In this document: positions 1 through 14,059 of the stretch, in pieces
Numbering within the stretch: the first letter of the stretch is position 1
Layout of the letters: each line of letters opens with the position of its first letter
Origin: Chara braunii
Lineage: Eukaryota; Plantae; Charophyceae
Reading direction: 5' to 3'
Assembly (NCBI GenBank): GCA_003427395.1
Contig: BFEA01000033.1
Coordinates: 1,765,781 to 1,827,175 of the forward strand
DNA: 61,395 bases
Notes under the pieces: generated by a model
What the model saw: only the letters and a program-made list of their open reading frames with translations
Database searches by the model: none
What the model was told of the DNA's origin: nothing
Translations under genes and position numbers: made by a program

Positions 1-452
1 TTTTCACTTTTTACTTTTTGTTTTTACTTTCTTTCGGAGCCTAAAAACAATTATTATTTTTTGAAAAACAATCAATGAGGTATTGATTATGCAAACTACA
101 TATCTGTAAATTTTTAGGGCATTTGTCAATGCCAAAAAATAATTAAAAATCGGCAAAGATGGCGGTGTCGAAAAGGTGCTGGCACACTCACTCATTTTAA
201 TTTTAATTTTTTATTTTTTATTTATCGTAGTGTTTATTTTCTGTATTGGATTTGCAATTCAAATTTAGTAAAGAATTTGGATGTCGTGCCTAAGCAAATG
301 TTGTTCAGTTTATGTTTCTCCATAACATAGTTTTTTTTCAGAATTTTTTAAAAACTTTTCATCCCGAACGGCCGAACGCCTCCCGAAGGGGTCCCGTACG
401 TTCGGGCGTTCGGGTTCGGGCGTTCGGCCCGTCCCGAACGCCGGTAACCCTG
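1..452. mobile_element. Right part of a non-autonomous DNA transposon (MITE-like), same family as 16817-17573
   Basis: 1-450 aligns by eye with ~17091-17573 (e.g. aaaatcggcaaagatggcggtgtcgaaaa vs aaaatcgtcaaagatgacggtgtcaaaaa). It has clustered ccgaac/gttcgg subterminal motifs and ends in gccggtaaccctg (reverse complement CAGGGTTACCGGC) directly before a (TA)n tract. Confidence 0.65.
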
Positions 453-454
453 TG

Positions 455-515
<61 letters not shown>

Positions 516-527
516 AGAGAGAGAGAG
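453..527. repeat. (TA)n followed by (GA)n microsatellite
   Basis: Direct reading of the sequence. Confidence 0.95.
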
Positions 528-3167
528 CACGTATCTGGCCGTCGTGGAGGTTTGCATTTTCGACATCTACATGTAATCTGGTTCCTGCTGCTGACGTCAA
601 CTAGTTGCTTTGTCATTTAAGTAGGCTAGCGTAGTAATTGTAGGATCGTAGTCTGGGCGCAGAGCGCCAGTAGGAGGTTGAACTTCTATTACGTTAGTGG
701 TGGTGGCGAGAGTGTGCTTTCTTGGACTAGCGTAGTGGCCACAGTGCGGGCAGTGCGGGCAATGCCTAAACAAAAATACAAAGAAAACACATTACTCAAT
801 AAACTTACACATACTTAAATGGATACATAGAGCAAAATATACTCCAAAGGTACTGAAAACAGCCTTAGGCTAACTCAAACAGTCCGGTAATTGATAAAAA
901 CAAACTTTAAACAAACAGAATATATGTGGACACGCTAAAAATGACAGACTCACTCGAAATAGATTAAAATAAACCCCATAAGATAGATAGAGAGGGAGTA
1001 TTCCTGTCTTTTGAAGATATATGTGTGGGAGGTAGGTCTTTGCAATGCAATATGAACAACGCATACACAAGAAAAACCACATTCGACACAGTTGGGAACT
1101 GGGTGCCAGTTACGCCAGAGTACGACACAGCGTCTTAATACATGGCCTCCACATCCCAACCACATTATCAATAGATAACTAACAGTCAATCCTCCACAAT
1201 GCTGGAGTAATCAATGTTGTTCAGGGTTCCTTCGACCGGATGAAAGAAAGCGTGAGTGTGTTTCATGATGTAATATTTTATTCTGAGTTGTCGGTGGAAT
1301 AGGAACCGGACTGATACTCCCAAGAATGGAAATGAGCAAGGGTCAAAAGGACCTGTTTTATGGGGGGGGGGGGGAATCCAACAAATTTTCATATTAAACA
1401 GTTTTAGAGTCTTCGTCACCGGCACTCAACAGTGCAGAGTTCAACAATCCATATGCAGCGTTCTCATCCAGGTAGTTGTCTCTCTCTCCACTCTGTCTCT
1501 GTTCTCCTCATGCATGCAATCAATCTTTCTCTCCCACTCTCTCAACCTGAAGATCTTGGCTTTGAATGCATCCGCTACTACTCAGCTCTAACCCCTACTA
1601 CTAAGTTGTGGGGCTATGGCCGCCTTCCTTCCACAACACATTGTTGCCCGTCGTGGGTTCCAACGCTAGCTACCCGTGGATAACGCACAAGTGTTAACAA
1701 CATTTCCACACTTATTGCGAATAGGTCATCTGTCCGAAATGAGGTGTGTTAGTCCTTATATTGACTTGGACTGAGCCTTTACTCGTCCCAGCCTCTGCTT
1801 CCTTTGGCTTGACTTGGGACGGGTACCACATGTCCGTGGCCAGTTTGCTTCAGAATATTCTTCCTGGGTTCCTCTAGGTGTGTTGCTGCTTTGGGACTGT
1901 GAAACGTGATTCTTGGATCGGATAGGCGTGACCCTTGCCTGTGGGATATGACCTTTGGTTGTGACTCCTGTGAGAAGTGACTTCTGCCTGTGAGACACGA
2001 CCTTTGATTTTTGCATGTGGGACACGACTTTTCACTGTGAGACGCGACTTTTACTTATGGGATGTGATTTTTGCCTTTGGGATGTTACTGTTGACCGGGT
2101 ACTTGTTGGACTTGACTTCTCAAGTACCCGACTTAACCTTACTGAAACTGGCCGACTCAACCTCCTTTAGCTTGGGGATTTGACCCTGAGATTCAAATTC
2201 GGGTTATGCATCGTGAAATGCCTTTCAAAACAGACCCACGAACTCAAGAAAGATTTACACAAACCCATAATAGACTAAGAATTAGACAGACCTCAACCAA
2301 TTGAAAGTAAAAAAAAAAAAAAAAAAACACTAAAAACAGAGAGAAACAGATTCAAAACATGTTGAAAACAAAATCAGACATGCGCAAATGGAACCCTTTA
2401 CACTAAAACAGATTCACACAGCCTCAAAAGAGACTCAAACTTACTCAAACATAATTCAAATCGACTGACGATAGAATTGCAGAGACTCGGTCAGACTTAA
2501 AATAGACTGAAACGAACTCAGATGCTCCCTAAAAATCAGACCGACCCATACAAACTCATAACACACTAAAAACATATTGAAAACAGACTCATGTACTTTC
2601 AAAACAGGTTTACAACAGAGAATCACACAGGCTCAATGCACTTATAGGTTGAAACAATATAAAAAGAGATTGAAACAAACTCACATAGCAGGGTCAAACG
2701 AACTCAAAACCTCAGGTAAGCGACTCAAACAAACTTCAAACAGACTCAAAATCGAAATGCATAGACTCAAAAAGACGAGCAGCAGGGTGTTCTTCGTGAG
2801 TCACGGTGCGTGTGTTCCTCTATGTGTGTATGTGTGTATGAATTGTTAAAGCAACCCAAATTCACGTTCTCATTTCCTCCACAAATCATAACAAACATCC
2901 ATCCATAATAAAAAAAATATAGATAACTAATATAATAGAAAATGTAAGGTTGACCACGTGTGTGTGTGTGTGTGTGTATGTGTGTATGTGTGTGACAGAG
3001 AGAGAGAGCGAGAGAGACTCACCACGTGGCAGCGGGGTATTCGTAGAAGGAGACAGAGCGGAAGAGATAGGGATTCAAATATGGGGATGGGATGCAACAC
3101 TTTTATCCTACCTCACATTTTTTATTTTTATTTTTCCGCACCTTCTTTTCTTTTTTCTTTTTTTAAA

Positions 3168-3407
3168 GCAGATGTGCCGCCCCATAAAAATTCCCCACCT
3201 GACAATGTTTTTCACTTGGATCAGATAGGCCGCGAGGTCCTGCAACTGGGATAGAGAAGCAGGGGCAAAGCCCCGGCTCCACCTCAGGAATAAGTAAAAG
3301 AACGTTAAAAAAGTCGTGGTATTTCACTTGTGCTATAAAACTCCCGCTTTCTCTACACCTCTCAAGTCATTTCGCAAAGAAGAGGGGGGGGGGGAAGAGC
3401 AGACAAC

Positions 3408-3456
<49 letters not shown>

Positions 3457-3972
3457 ATACACACACACATACACACATACACACACACACACACAATCAA
3501 TCAATCAATTATCGCGCTTGATTGATTGATTGATTTATTGTTATTATTATTATTGTTTTTAATAGATCTAGTACCCCAGCGAAACTCCCCACCTGACAAT
3601 GTCTTTCACTTGGATCTGATAGGCCACGAGGGCCTGCACCTTGGATGAAGCAATCAATCAAGCAAGCAAGCAAGCAAGCAATAAATCAATGCGATTGATT
3701 TATTGATTGTTTGTTTTAATTGATTTTTTTAGGAGATCCGCCGCCCCAGCCAAACTTCCCACTTGAAGGTGTCTTTAGCATGGATCGGATAGGCCATGAG
3801 GGCCTGCACCTTGGATGAAGAAGCAGGGGCAATGCCCCGGCTCCACCTCATAAAAAAGGTAAAATAACGTTAAAAGTCTCGGTATTTCACGTGCACAGTA
3901 AAACTCCCACTTATTCTACGGTCTCACATCATTTCACAGCGCAAGGGGGTGGGGTGGGGGGGGAGGGAGCAG

Positions 3973-4008
<36 letters not shown>

Positions 4009-4140
4009 NNNNNNNNNNNNNNNNNNNNNNNNNNNNNNNNNNNNNNNNNNNNNNNNNNNNNNNNNNNNNNNNNNNNNNNNNNNNNNNNNNNNNNNNNNNN
4101 NNNNNNNNNNNNNNNNNNNNNNNNNNNNNNNNNNNNNNNN

Positions 4141-4229
<89 letters not shown>

Positions 4230-4573
4230 ACACACACACACACAATCAATCAATCAATCAGTCAAGCAAGTAAGCAATCAATGTGATTGATTGATTGATT
4301 TTTTTTTTTTTTTAATAGATCAAACTCCCCTTCTGACAGTGTCTTTCGCTTGGATCAGATACGCCACGAGGACCTGCACCTTGGATGAAGAAGCAGAGGC
4401 AATGCCCCGGCTCCACCTCACGAAATAAGTAAAATAACGTTAAAATTCGTGGTATTTCACTTGCACAAGAAAGGTCCCACTTATTCTACGGTCTCACATC
4501 ACTGCAGAGAGCAAGCAGGGGGGGGGAGGCAGATGCCCCTCCCCTCCCCCCCTTCTCTTTCTCTCTCTCTTTT

Positions 4574-4621
<48 letters not shown>

Positions 4622-4800
4622 AAGCAATCAAGCAATCAAGCAATCAAGCAATCAAGCAAAGCGATTGATTGATTGATTGTTTTATTTTTTTTAATCCTCT
4701 TTTCTTTTTTTTAACAGATCTGCCGCCCCAACCAAACTCCCCACCTGACAGTGTCTTTCGCTTGGATCAGATAGGTCACGAGGGCCTTCACCTTGGATTC
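3168..4800. repeat. Composite tandem repeat (5 full or partial copies of a ~90-200 bp unit separated by CT/CA/CAAT microsatellites)
   Basis: The unit aaactccccacctgacartgtctttcrcttggatcagataggccacgagggcctgcaccttggat recurs at ~3187, 3582, 3752, 4322 and 4733. An N-gap lies at 4009-4140. Confidence 0.85.
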
Positions 4801-5059
4801 AAATTTGGTGCTTTGGTTCTCCGTTTGTGGAATATAAGTGGTGAGAGTACGCTCTCATTGACATTCGAATTCGGTGCTTCAGTTCACCGCTAGTGTAATA
4901 TAAGTGCATATCTACTTTGAGGACAGCATTGGACTTTCTGTCTTTCAATGTGATTTTGCATTCTGAATTTATGTCATTTCGTTATGGCTCATTTTCTTTC
5001 CAATATGGCGGGTTTGCAAAAAAAGAACGAAAAAAAAGTGTGTCATGTGACACCTGTTC

Positions 5060-5720
5060 AGAGGAGGAGGAGAAAGAAGAAGACGAGGAGGAGAAGGGGG
5101 AGGAGGAAGAAGTGGAGGGGAGGAAGGAGAAGTGGAGAAGGAGAGAGATACAACGGGTTTGCAAAAAAAAAGGTGCCACATGGCACCTGTTTGGAGGAGG
5201 GAGAGGAAAATACGACAGATATGGCGGCCCAAGAGGAGAAGGAGGAGGAGAAAGAAGAAGAAGAGGAGGAGGAGGAAGACGAAGAAGAAGAAGGGGAGGA
5301 GGAGGGGGAGGAGGAGGAAGATGAAGATACGTTGGGCTGCAAAAAGGTGATGGAAGAGAAGGAGGAACAAGGAGAAGAAGAGGAGGAAAAAAAAAAAGAG
5401 GAGGAGGAGGAGGAGAAGGAGGAGGTAGCACATCTGCAAAAAAAAAAAAAAAAAAAAACAAGCTTGTAGCACGNGGNACCGGGNCAGAGGAGGAGGAGGA
5501 GGAGAAAGATATGGCGGATGAATATGAATATGAGGAGCAGGAGGAGGAGGAGGAGGAGGAGGATGAGAAAGATGTTGTGGGTGTTCCAAAAAAAAAAGCC
5601 ACGTGGTGATGAGAGGAGGAGGAGGACGACAACGACGAGAAGGGGGACAACGAAGAGGAATGGGAGGGAGGAGGAGAAGGATGTCGAGGAAGAGGAGGAT
5701 AGAGGTGACTACGCGGTTTC
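5060..5720 (+). repeat. (GAG/GAA)n low-complexity purine tract
   Basis: Runs of gaggaggag/gaagaagaa. The overlapping poly-E/R/P/S ORFs are low-complexity artefacts. Confidence 0.8.
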
Positions 5721-6942
5721 TCTCTCTCCCTCTTTCTCACACACACACTCACCGTCGACGGGCTCCAGCTGGCAACGGGCGATGGCGGGCGCAATGGCGA
5801 CGGGGCACCACCACCTTTACCGACTGCAAGGGAGGGCACATATACTGCCAGGTAAGTCGCCCTCGCCCCTTCTCTCTTCTTTTTTTTATTTTCTTCTTCT
5901 TCTCCTTCTTCTTCTTCCTCTTCTTCTTTCTCTTCCTACCACTACTTCTTTTGCTACTTCAACTACCTTCCCCTCACTTTTCTTTCTTCTCAGCGTGCGT
6001 GATTCCTCCCTTGTTCTCCCGCCTCTATCTCACCCTCTCTGTGTTCGCTACTCATTTTCTCGCATCGAGCACTCACAACACGTTTTTCTCATGCACGTCG
6101 GCCCTCTTCCTAGGTGCGCACTTGCCTTTTTCCCACTTGTAGGCCCATCATCTCCGTTTACCACCCGCACTTTCCCCGCACCCCTCCATTGTGACCACTT
6201 GCATACTCTCCTTCGTCTCGCTCTGTGTTCAGCCACCTTCGTCCCACTGCTTGTTGTTCACCTGCGCGGTCGTCTTCTTTCTCTCGCTGCACACTCAACC
6301 TCCTTCTCCCTGCACTTTCCTCCCTCGACTCCACGACTACTTCTCACGTTCCCGCAACCGCAATATATTTCAAGTTGTACATGGCTTGGTGAGATTTTGG
6401 TAGCATTGTGTTCTTGCTGCTATAGCAAGTTCCCTTTTCTCAATGGAATATGCCCTATGATTCGGAGCAAATTCATTATAGTTTGGGAGAAAAAAAAAAC
6501 TTTGGTGAATATAATTAATAATAGTAGAAAATAAAATCTACTGCAAAATCTAGTAAAAGATTAAAAAAAATAATAATAAAGAACTTCTAAGGGGATACTC
6601 ACACACGAATGGTAAAATTGCATAATCTGCAATTTTGCAACTGCGATTTTGAGATTTAGCTGTGGTGAGTACTCACACACCGCTGGTTTGTGAATGGGAC
6701 ATCGCCCCAACTTTATGAAAATTGGTCCATTTGATATCAACGTGGTCACATAACTGATAGCAGATAGTGGAATAATATTTCTTTGGCTTTCAACTTTTCA
6801 TGTGTCTTCCCCCCCCCCCCCCCCCTTTCCTATAACGTTTGGGCATGCACGGTCATGACTTCAAATCTCGCCTGGCAGCAGCCACTGTGATACCGCTCCG
6901 ATCAGCCAAGCACTCGAATCCATATTACCATCTGCTGAGAGG

Positions 6943-7071
6943 CAAAAAAAAAGTTGGCAGCACGGTTCTTTGCACCTACCCGCATACATGTGCTCGTTCA
7001 AGCCCTGGTAGAAAAAAAGTTGGCAGCACGGTTCTTTGCACCTGCCCTCATACATGTGCTCATTCAAGCCC
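6943..7071. repeat. Tandem duplication of ~67 bp
   Basis: aaaaaaagttggcagcacggttctttgcacct...catacatgtgctcrttcaagccc occurs twice. Confidence 0.85.
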
Positions 7072-7550
7072 ACGTGGAGGGCAGCGAAATCTGCGTTTGT
7101 TCTTGCTGTGGGCCTAGCTAATCTTGCGGACGGCAAGACTATTTGCATGCGGGAAATGGGGGGAGAAACTACAGAGGAGGGCGGAAGGCCAGCACAAGCG
7201 GGTACGAAACTCACCTGGGGGCGGAAGAGACTCCGCCACTACGGACAAACCCGTTACACACGGGCATTATGTTGTGCATGACGCCCAAAATGATACAGGC
7301 GCTATATGACTGCCCCATTGGCAACCGAACATAGGAATTTTGGACTGTAGTAGGCACAAAGTTGCGTTTTCTGGTCTGTGGAACTTTTTTTTTTTTTTTA
7401 ATGAAAATCAAATGCGAATTTGCAATGCTGAACCCCGCGGCCCACAAGTCGCTGACTAATACTACACTGTTTGTGATTTTGTTGGGGGTGGGGGGAAAGT
7501 GTGAATGCAAAACATCTGATTCATCAAATTTTGTGACTTTGAGAATTAGA

Positions 7551-7965
7551 TCCCTAGTGTGAGTATGCCATAAGACACGCAAGTAGCATTCAAGAGGTCT
7601 TGGGTTTAATCCTCATTGGCCTCATGTACCTTCCTGGGCATGCTTGACGCCCGCCACTTAGAGATAATTCGTTAGTTCCCCCCCAATTGGCATTAAAAGT
7701 AGTCTTTCCTCATTTTCATAGAGGGAGGGGTAATCGGGTAGGCACAGCAACTGACCACTCAGATGATGCTTGGTCCCTCTGCTACCGGGTGTCCCCTGGT
7801 TGGTGTCCTCCACTGGGGGTTCCCTGAAGGCAATAAGGCCATCCTAGGCTGAAAAGGTCACCCAGTGTCAGATTAGACACAAGATTGAATCTACCTAGGC
7901 TGGTTAGTCCGATGATAATACCTCAAGGTCAACGCCATTAAAAAAAAAAAAAAAAAAAAAAAAAA
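7551..7965 (+). mobile_element. Candidate tRNA-derived SINE
   Basis: A-box-like tagtgtgagt (7555) and B-box-like ggtttaatcc (7603) at tRNA-like spacing, a ~350-bp body and a poly(A) tail at 7940-7965. No TSD was verified. Confidence 0.35.
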
Positions 7966-9227
7966 CTTTCTCGTTGCAATTATGCGCTCCATGCCTCAGC
8001 AGGGCTAAGTCCAACAAACCGGAAACTTCTACATTGGTCGCCTCTGCCTCATAGCCCGTGCCTGTTTCCAAATCTGTATGTGTGTGTGCCCGCTGGGCTA
8101 AGAGTCTGTTTTCCTAACTCTATGTACGTGTATGCCTATTGGTCTGAGTGTCTGTCTGAGTGCTTGTAGGCCTAAGTGCGTGTGTGACCCGCAAAGGTAC
8201 TTGCTTGTTTGGGAGGCCCCACAGGGTCGGTACTTACTTGAGGCCATGACTTTGAGGGTTGAAGTGGGAAAACACTCAAATAGCGGGGGTACGTCCGCGA
8301 CACTTAGAGCAGCAAAGAAGAACACTCAAGTAGAAGGCATGCCGACACCACTCAAGTAGTGGTAAATGTGTAGGGAACCGACCACCAAGCAGAAGAAACC
8401 ACAAGTTAGCATTTTTAAAGGCTTAGTAGCGGTAGGTACTCGGGTACCACTCTAAGTAGTCCGAGTCTGGGCCCTGTGCAGACAATATCAGAGCCAACAA
8501 TGATCTTTCCCTCCAGAAGGACGGAGGTACCGGTCGTTCGGGTGATCGAGCGGCCAGAAAATTACCGTCGAAGAGGCAAATGCCTGTCCACATACTAGAG
8601 GCCGAGTGATAGTCTCAACCTCACTTTGCGGTATACACGTTTGTATGATATGTCGCTCGAGCAATGCTATTGCAATCCCGTCTATCATACATTAATAATT
8701 GCCCCCATTGTATGGTCGGGGCATATATTAATTAGCTTGACTAACGTACTGACGCTTAAGTCTCTGTGTGTCGTAAGTTTACCAGAAATAACTTAACCCA
8801 ATCAACCCCTTGACCTTAGTGGTCGAGTGAGTTCTAATACTTTCAGACTCTTTTTATTCGTGCGTTGCACCAAGGTACTCGCCTCAAACTTTTTTCGGAC
8901 TTAACCATTTTCCGCTACTGAGAAGGCGCGTACTACCACGTAGGCCTGACTTTATTAAACTGAACCCTCGATTTTTGTGATCGATGGGCATTTATTATTG
9001 ATTTTAACCATCTTAGCGTGCGTCGGAACAACGCACGCTCGTACTAACCGAATTTAATTTCTTATACGCCTCGACCTCAATGGTCGAAGAAATCGTCTCA
9101 AAGTGTCGCACAAAAGCGTGCACATTTTTATCGTTAGACCGACTCCCGTTACGGTAGCCGGTGTCATCGTTTTGTCGATTGTAAAAACATGGCAAGAGTA
9201 TTTGGTCGGACAATGTACTCAGTCTGT

Positions 9228-9415
9228 CGAAAAGGGGGTTAGGCTCCCTTCCTTGATACAAGGTGAAAACGATATAAAACATAACCACCTTTTCAACATT
9301 TTTTTTTTTTTTTTTTTCTCTCTCTCAAGAGGTACTGTTGAAAAGGTGGTGAGGCTCCCCTCCTTAATACAAGGCGAAAACGACATAAAGTTAGGCTCCC
9401 CTCCTTGATACAAGT
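9228..9415. repeat. Short tandem duplication (3 partial copies)
   Basis: aggctccc...ccttratacaag recurs at ~9241, 9352 and 9394. Confidence 0.7.
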
Positions 9416-11652
9416 TTGTACATGCATTCCAAACATGGGTTCGACACTCAGTTAGGGCCCAAGTTTCACAAGTAGTTGAAGTTTGGGTTGACACTTTAGT
9501 CACCCTTAGCAGTGGTTTTTTTTCTTTCTTTCTTAATACGCACACACACGTGCCCCATCTATTATGGGGGGCGTCAATCCGGTTGCTTATCATCGACGAA
9601 GAAGTACAAAAACAAGATATGAAAAAAGAAGTACCGAACAATATACTAAGATTTTGGGAGGTATCATCTCGGGCAGGCACAACGAAATGCATGCGTTGGA
9701 TCATGCGGGTGATGAACTAAGAACCCCGCCCCTCCTGGGGAGTGGCAGGAGGCACAACGCACCCAGTCACGATACCTAACTCAAGAGGGACAGGGGATCT
9801 GCCAGATCACCCCCCCTCCCCTTGCTCCCTCCCCCATAACCCCATTCCCTTCCCCTCCCCCCATTTTCTAATGGTTTGTTCTCCTGCTCGTATTCCACTT
9901 TCGATAGTCTGATGTTTCGTTTGATGTTAGCAGTCCAGTCGTAGTTGGGGCTTGATATGTCCAAATAGGGCTGCAACCAGGCTGTTAACTGAAACTCAGA
10001 ATAGTGATGAAACTATTAACCCAAACTTTCAAACCATGATTAAACTGTCAACCCTAACTTCAACTGCATTTCAAACTTCCGACCTGATTGGACTACAGAA
10101 ACCATACTCCAAATTCATTTTTATACCCTTATTTCCTCTTCTAGAGGGTATGCTTATCTTCTCAGTATCATTATCATTCCCCCTCCCACTGATGGGGGTT
10201 TATACTTCGTTTCGATTACCTGCAATATTTATATCATCATATCCCAACATTACAAGATAGGATTGTTACCATGTTGAAAAAGACTTGCATGGATGACAAA
10301 ACCGTTGATAGTTGGGCTTAGTTCCTTGACCCACACGTTACATGGGGGAAAATAGTCTACCGTGACAATATTATAAGAGAATATGACGAGATATGAAAAG
10401 ATGACAAAATGGAAGGTATGTAATTTCATTTGCTGGATGGAATCACATTGATCCGTATTTGTTGTTTTATGCTCTAGGGCCCCAAGGCGAACAAAAAACA
10501 AAAATGAGTGTACTTTTCTTTATCGTTACGGTTGTAACCGATTTCCTAAAGGACCAGAGGTCATATTCACATAATTACTTCCTAAATGCATTTGACTGCA
10601 ATATTGTCCAGACGTAGATGTATATGGCAGTACATGTCTTTCAAAGATATACTGACGAAAGTTAAGCCGTCTCTAAAAGTATGAGTGAAGTCAACTTATT
10701 GGGAATAGAAACTTAACAGTAAGTAACAACGACATTAGGGATGGGGAACACACATGAATAAAGGATACGACTTAACGGTAAGTAACAACGACTAGCGACG
10801 AGTCTGAGTTTCATCTACAGTACATAAGAAGAAGAAGGAGCAACTTCGTTGATCCTGCATTGCAATAAAGGAACGACATTCCTAGGAACCGTCATTCTGA
10901 AAAAATGAGGGTGGCTTCCTAGGACAGGAGTTACCTGGCAAGGAATGAATGGCATCCCAACACCATCCGTGTTTTCACTATCTCACTCGTGAGGTTAGTG
11001 ACAACATGTTGGAGAGGTGGTCATACTCTATAACATAATATGGTTAAATAAACTGAGAGCGCACCCACCATTTCGGTAGGTCGAAAAAGGCAGTCTATAT
11101 TTCTCACTTGCGAAGTGCCGACACATATAATTCAATGACATGCAAAATTTTGTAGTTATTCTGGAAAAGTCGGCGAGAAACATCATATTATTTTCACATA
11201 TAAGTTACTATAACACGTTGGTACATCCATTTATATTAATAATGTTCCACCAATGTTTTACTTTGTCCATCCAACATTATGGATATTGGAAAAGCAATAT
11301 TCATACAACGATATCAATGTTGGATGAACATTCTTGTGCGAATAAACGTTCATATTTGTACCAATGTTTATATCAACGTTGTTGCTCGACGTTAACGTTG
11401 GTTTGACCTGAAAATCAACACAATTTTTTTATTATGTTGTTGCAATGCGATGTAAACAAGAAAGAAACACAAGAAAACCCCACATTCTACACAGTTGAGA
11501 ACTGGGTGTCACTTACGGCGGAATATAATAACAACGTCTTAATACACAACCCCCACTTCCCAACCTTATCGTCATAAGTGTAAGTCGTGTGAAATGGTAA
11601 TAACATTAAGGGAGATAGAGAGAAAGAGAAATAGATAGATAGATAGATAGAT

Positions 11653-11692
<40 letters not shown>

Positions 11693-13090
11693 AGATAAAT
11701 AAATAGATAGATAGATAAATGGGTACGTGATGCCACCGGTTTCGCATATGCATGAACTCCCCGCTAAAAAAAGTAACGCCCAAGTTCGACCCACATGGTG
11801 CCGAATACGGGCAGTTACTGATGTGAGCCCTCGTACATGCATGGAAGGACGGCAAAATATAGTATGGATATGCGATAAAACCCACCGTTCAACTTAAACG
11901 AATGAGTGAAAGGTTGACACAACAGTTAGTGGGGGTGAAATAACGTCACAAAAACTCACTTGTGTGCGAGATTCGCCCATAGTATTGAACATAAACGCAC
12001 ACACACGGCCACTTACTGCTTGCAACGTACGTACATACAACTACACACACATTGTGGACATGCGTCACAACAACATAGACAACTCATCCGGCACAAGCAA
12101 AAGGTTAAGAGAATAATTAGTCGGCGTCAAATAACACCATAAAAACATACAATTGTACAAGACCGGCCCACAGTATTGAACCAACACGCACACACACATA
12201 CACGACAATTAATTATGTGTCAAAATACGCGTTAACAACCATGTTGAAAACTTGTTGGAAAAAAGTTGGAGGTATGTACGAATCCATGTTGAACTCGTTG
12301 AGAAAAAGTTGAACACATCCGAAGACCCACTTTCAGCAATTGGTCACAACCCTCTAGGGCTATAAATGTTAAAAATAAAAATACAAATTTATTGAAATCC
12401 AGCGACAATTTTTTTGTTGCTGTTAACTTCCAAAAACCTTTCTAAAAAAGTAGTTGCGCTAAGCGACAAAAAAGAGAACCAGTTAAGGGGGAACCTAATG
12501 ACTGCGAACATTCTTCCAAGGTTGGGCGTCACTGGACCAAAATGGCTGACGGCACCAACCAAAAAAAAAAGAAAAAATATCGCACTATTGCTTCGGCAAA
12601 GTTGGGCTTGCGTTTTTTTTTAATCAAACACTTACTTTATATTACCAAACTATCAGCTTCAAGTGAGGGACCTCACAATTCTACCCGGAGTTATCCTGGC
12701 AGCATTAGCCAGTTCCGCTTACAGCCACGAGGGCCAGGATCACGGATCACATCTCAAATGTCTCATTTTGATCAATTTTTCGTTCCTCATTCTCCTCTTC
12801 TAATGCGACATTCTACCTGAGTTGATGCAGAACAAAGTGGACAAGCTTGCATTTGGTAATGAAGAAGAACCGACTAAACCACCAGTACCCTTCCCTGCTT
12901 GAAAATCAAATACGCACCGGTCAACACAACACGGTAGTCCATTAAACGGTCGGTAACTCCCATAGACCAGGAAAAAAAAAAAAACGAAAAACGAATGAAA
13001 AACAGAGGCAAAAACAACAACAACGAAGGAAAGTAATGAAAAGCAAAGAAACGTGAATGGGGCGAAGATAGATTCAAACGCGCGCGCGCG

Positions 13091-13151
<61 letters not shown>

Positions 13152-13621
13152 NNNNNNNNNNNNNNNNNNNNNNNNNNNNNNNNNNNNNNNNNNNNNNNNN
13201 NNNNNNNNNNNNNNNNNNNNNNNNNNNNNNNNNNNNNNNNNNNNNNNNNNNNNNNNNNNNNNNNNNNNNNNNNNNNNNNNNNNNNNNNNNNNNNNNNNNN
13301 NNNNNNNNNNNNNNNNNNNNNNNNNNNNNNNNNNNNNNNNNNNNNNNNNNNNNNNNNNNNNNNNNNNNNNNNNNNNNNNNNNNNNNNNNNNNNNNNNNNN
13401 NNNNNNNNNNNNNNNNNNNNNNNNNNNNNNNNNNNNNNNNNNNNNNNNNNNNNNNNNNNNNNNNNNNNNNNNNNNNNNNNNNNNNNNNNNNNNNNNNNNN
13501 NNNNNNNNNNNNNNNNNNNNNNNNNNNNNNNNNNNNNNNNNNNNNNNNNNNNNNNNNNNNNNNNNNNNNNNNNNNNNNNNNNNNNNNNNNNNNNNNNNNN
13601 NNNNNNNNNNNNNNNNNNNNN

Positions 13622-13716
<95 letters not shown>

Positions 13717-13784
13717 CTACTGTGCAAACTGCGAATGTGGGAAGATTGATTCCCAACTCGCAAAGTCCAACCGCACATACGCAG

Positions 13785-13819
<35 letters not shown>

Positions 13820-14059
13820 AAGTATCCCGCTGTGCGGTGTCGATCCATTATCGTTTCTGAAGTATCGAAGCGCGCAAAGTGATGAGAGAGAGAGAGAGAG
13901 GCATATCGAGTTAACCGTTTCCCTCCGGGAAACTTGTCGTGCCTCTCTCTCTCTTTCTTTCTCTCCCTTCTTCCCATTTCATTTCTTTGGTTTTTTTTTT
14001 GGTTTTTTTTTTTAATCTCCTTTCTTTTATTTTATTTTGTTTTTTTTTCCCTTTTTTTT

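Noticed and set aside
4917-6534. Long overlapping ORFs (135-338 aa)
   Set aside because: They derive from GAG/GAA and CT low-complexity tracts and show no domain motifs.
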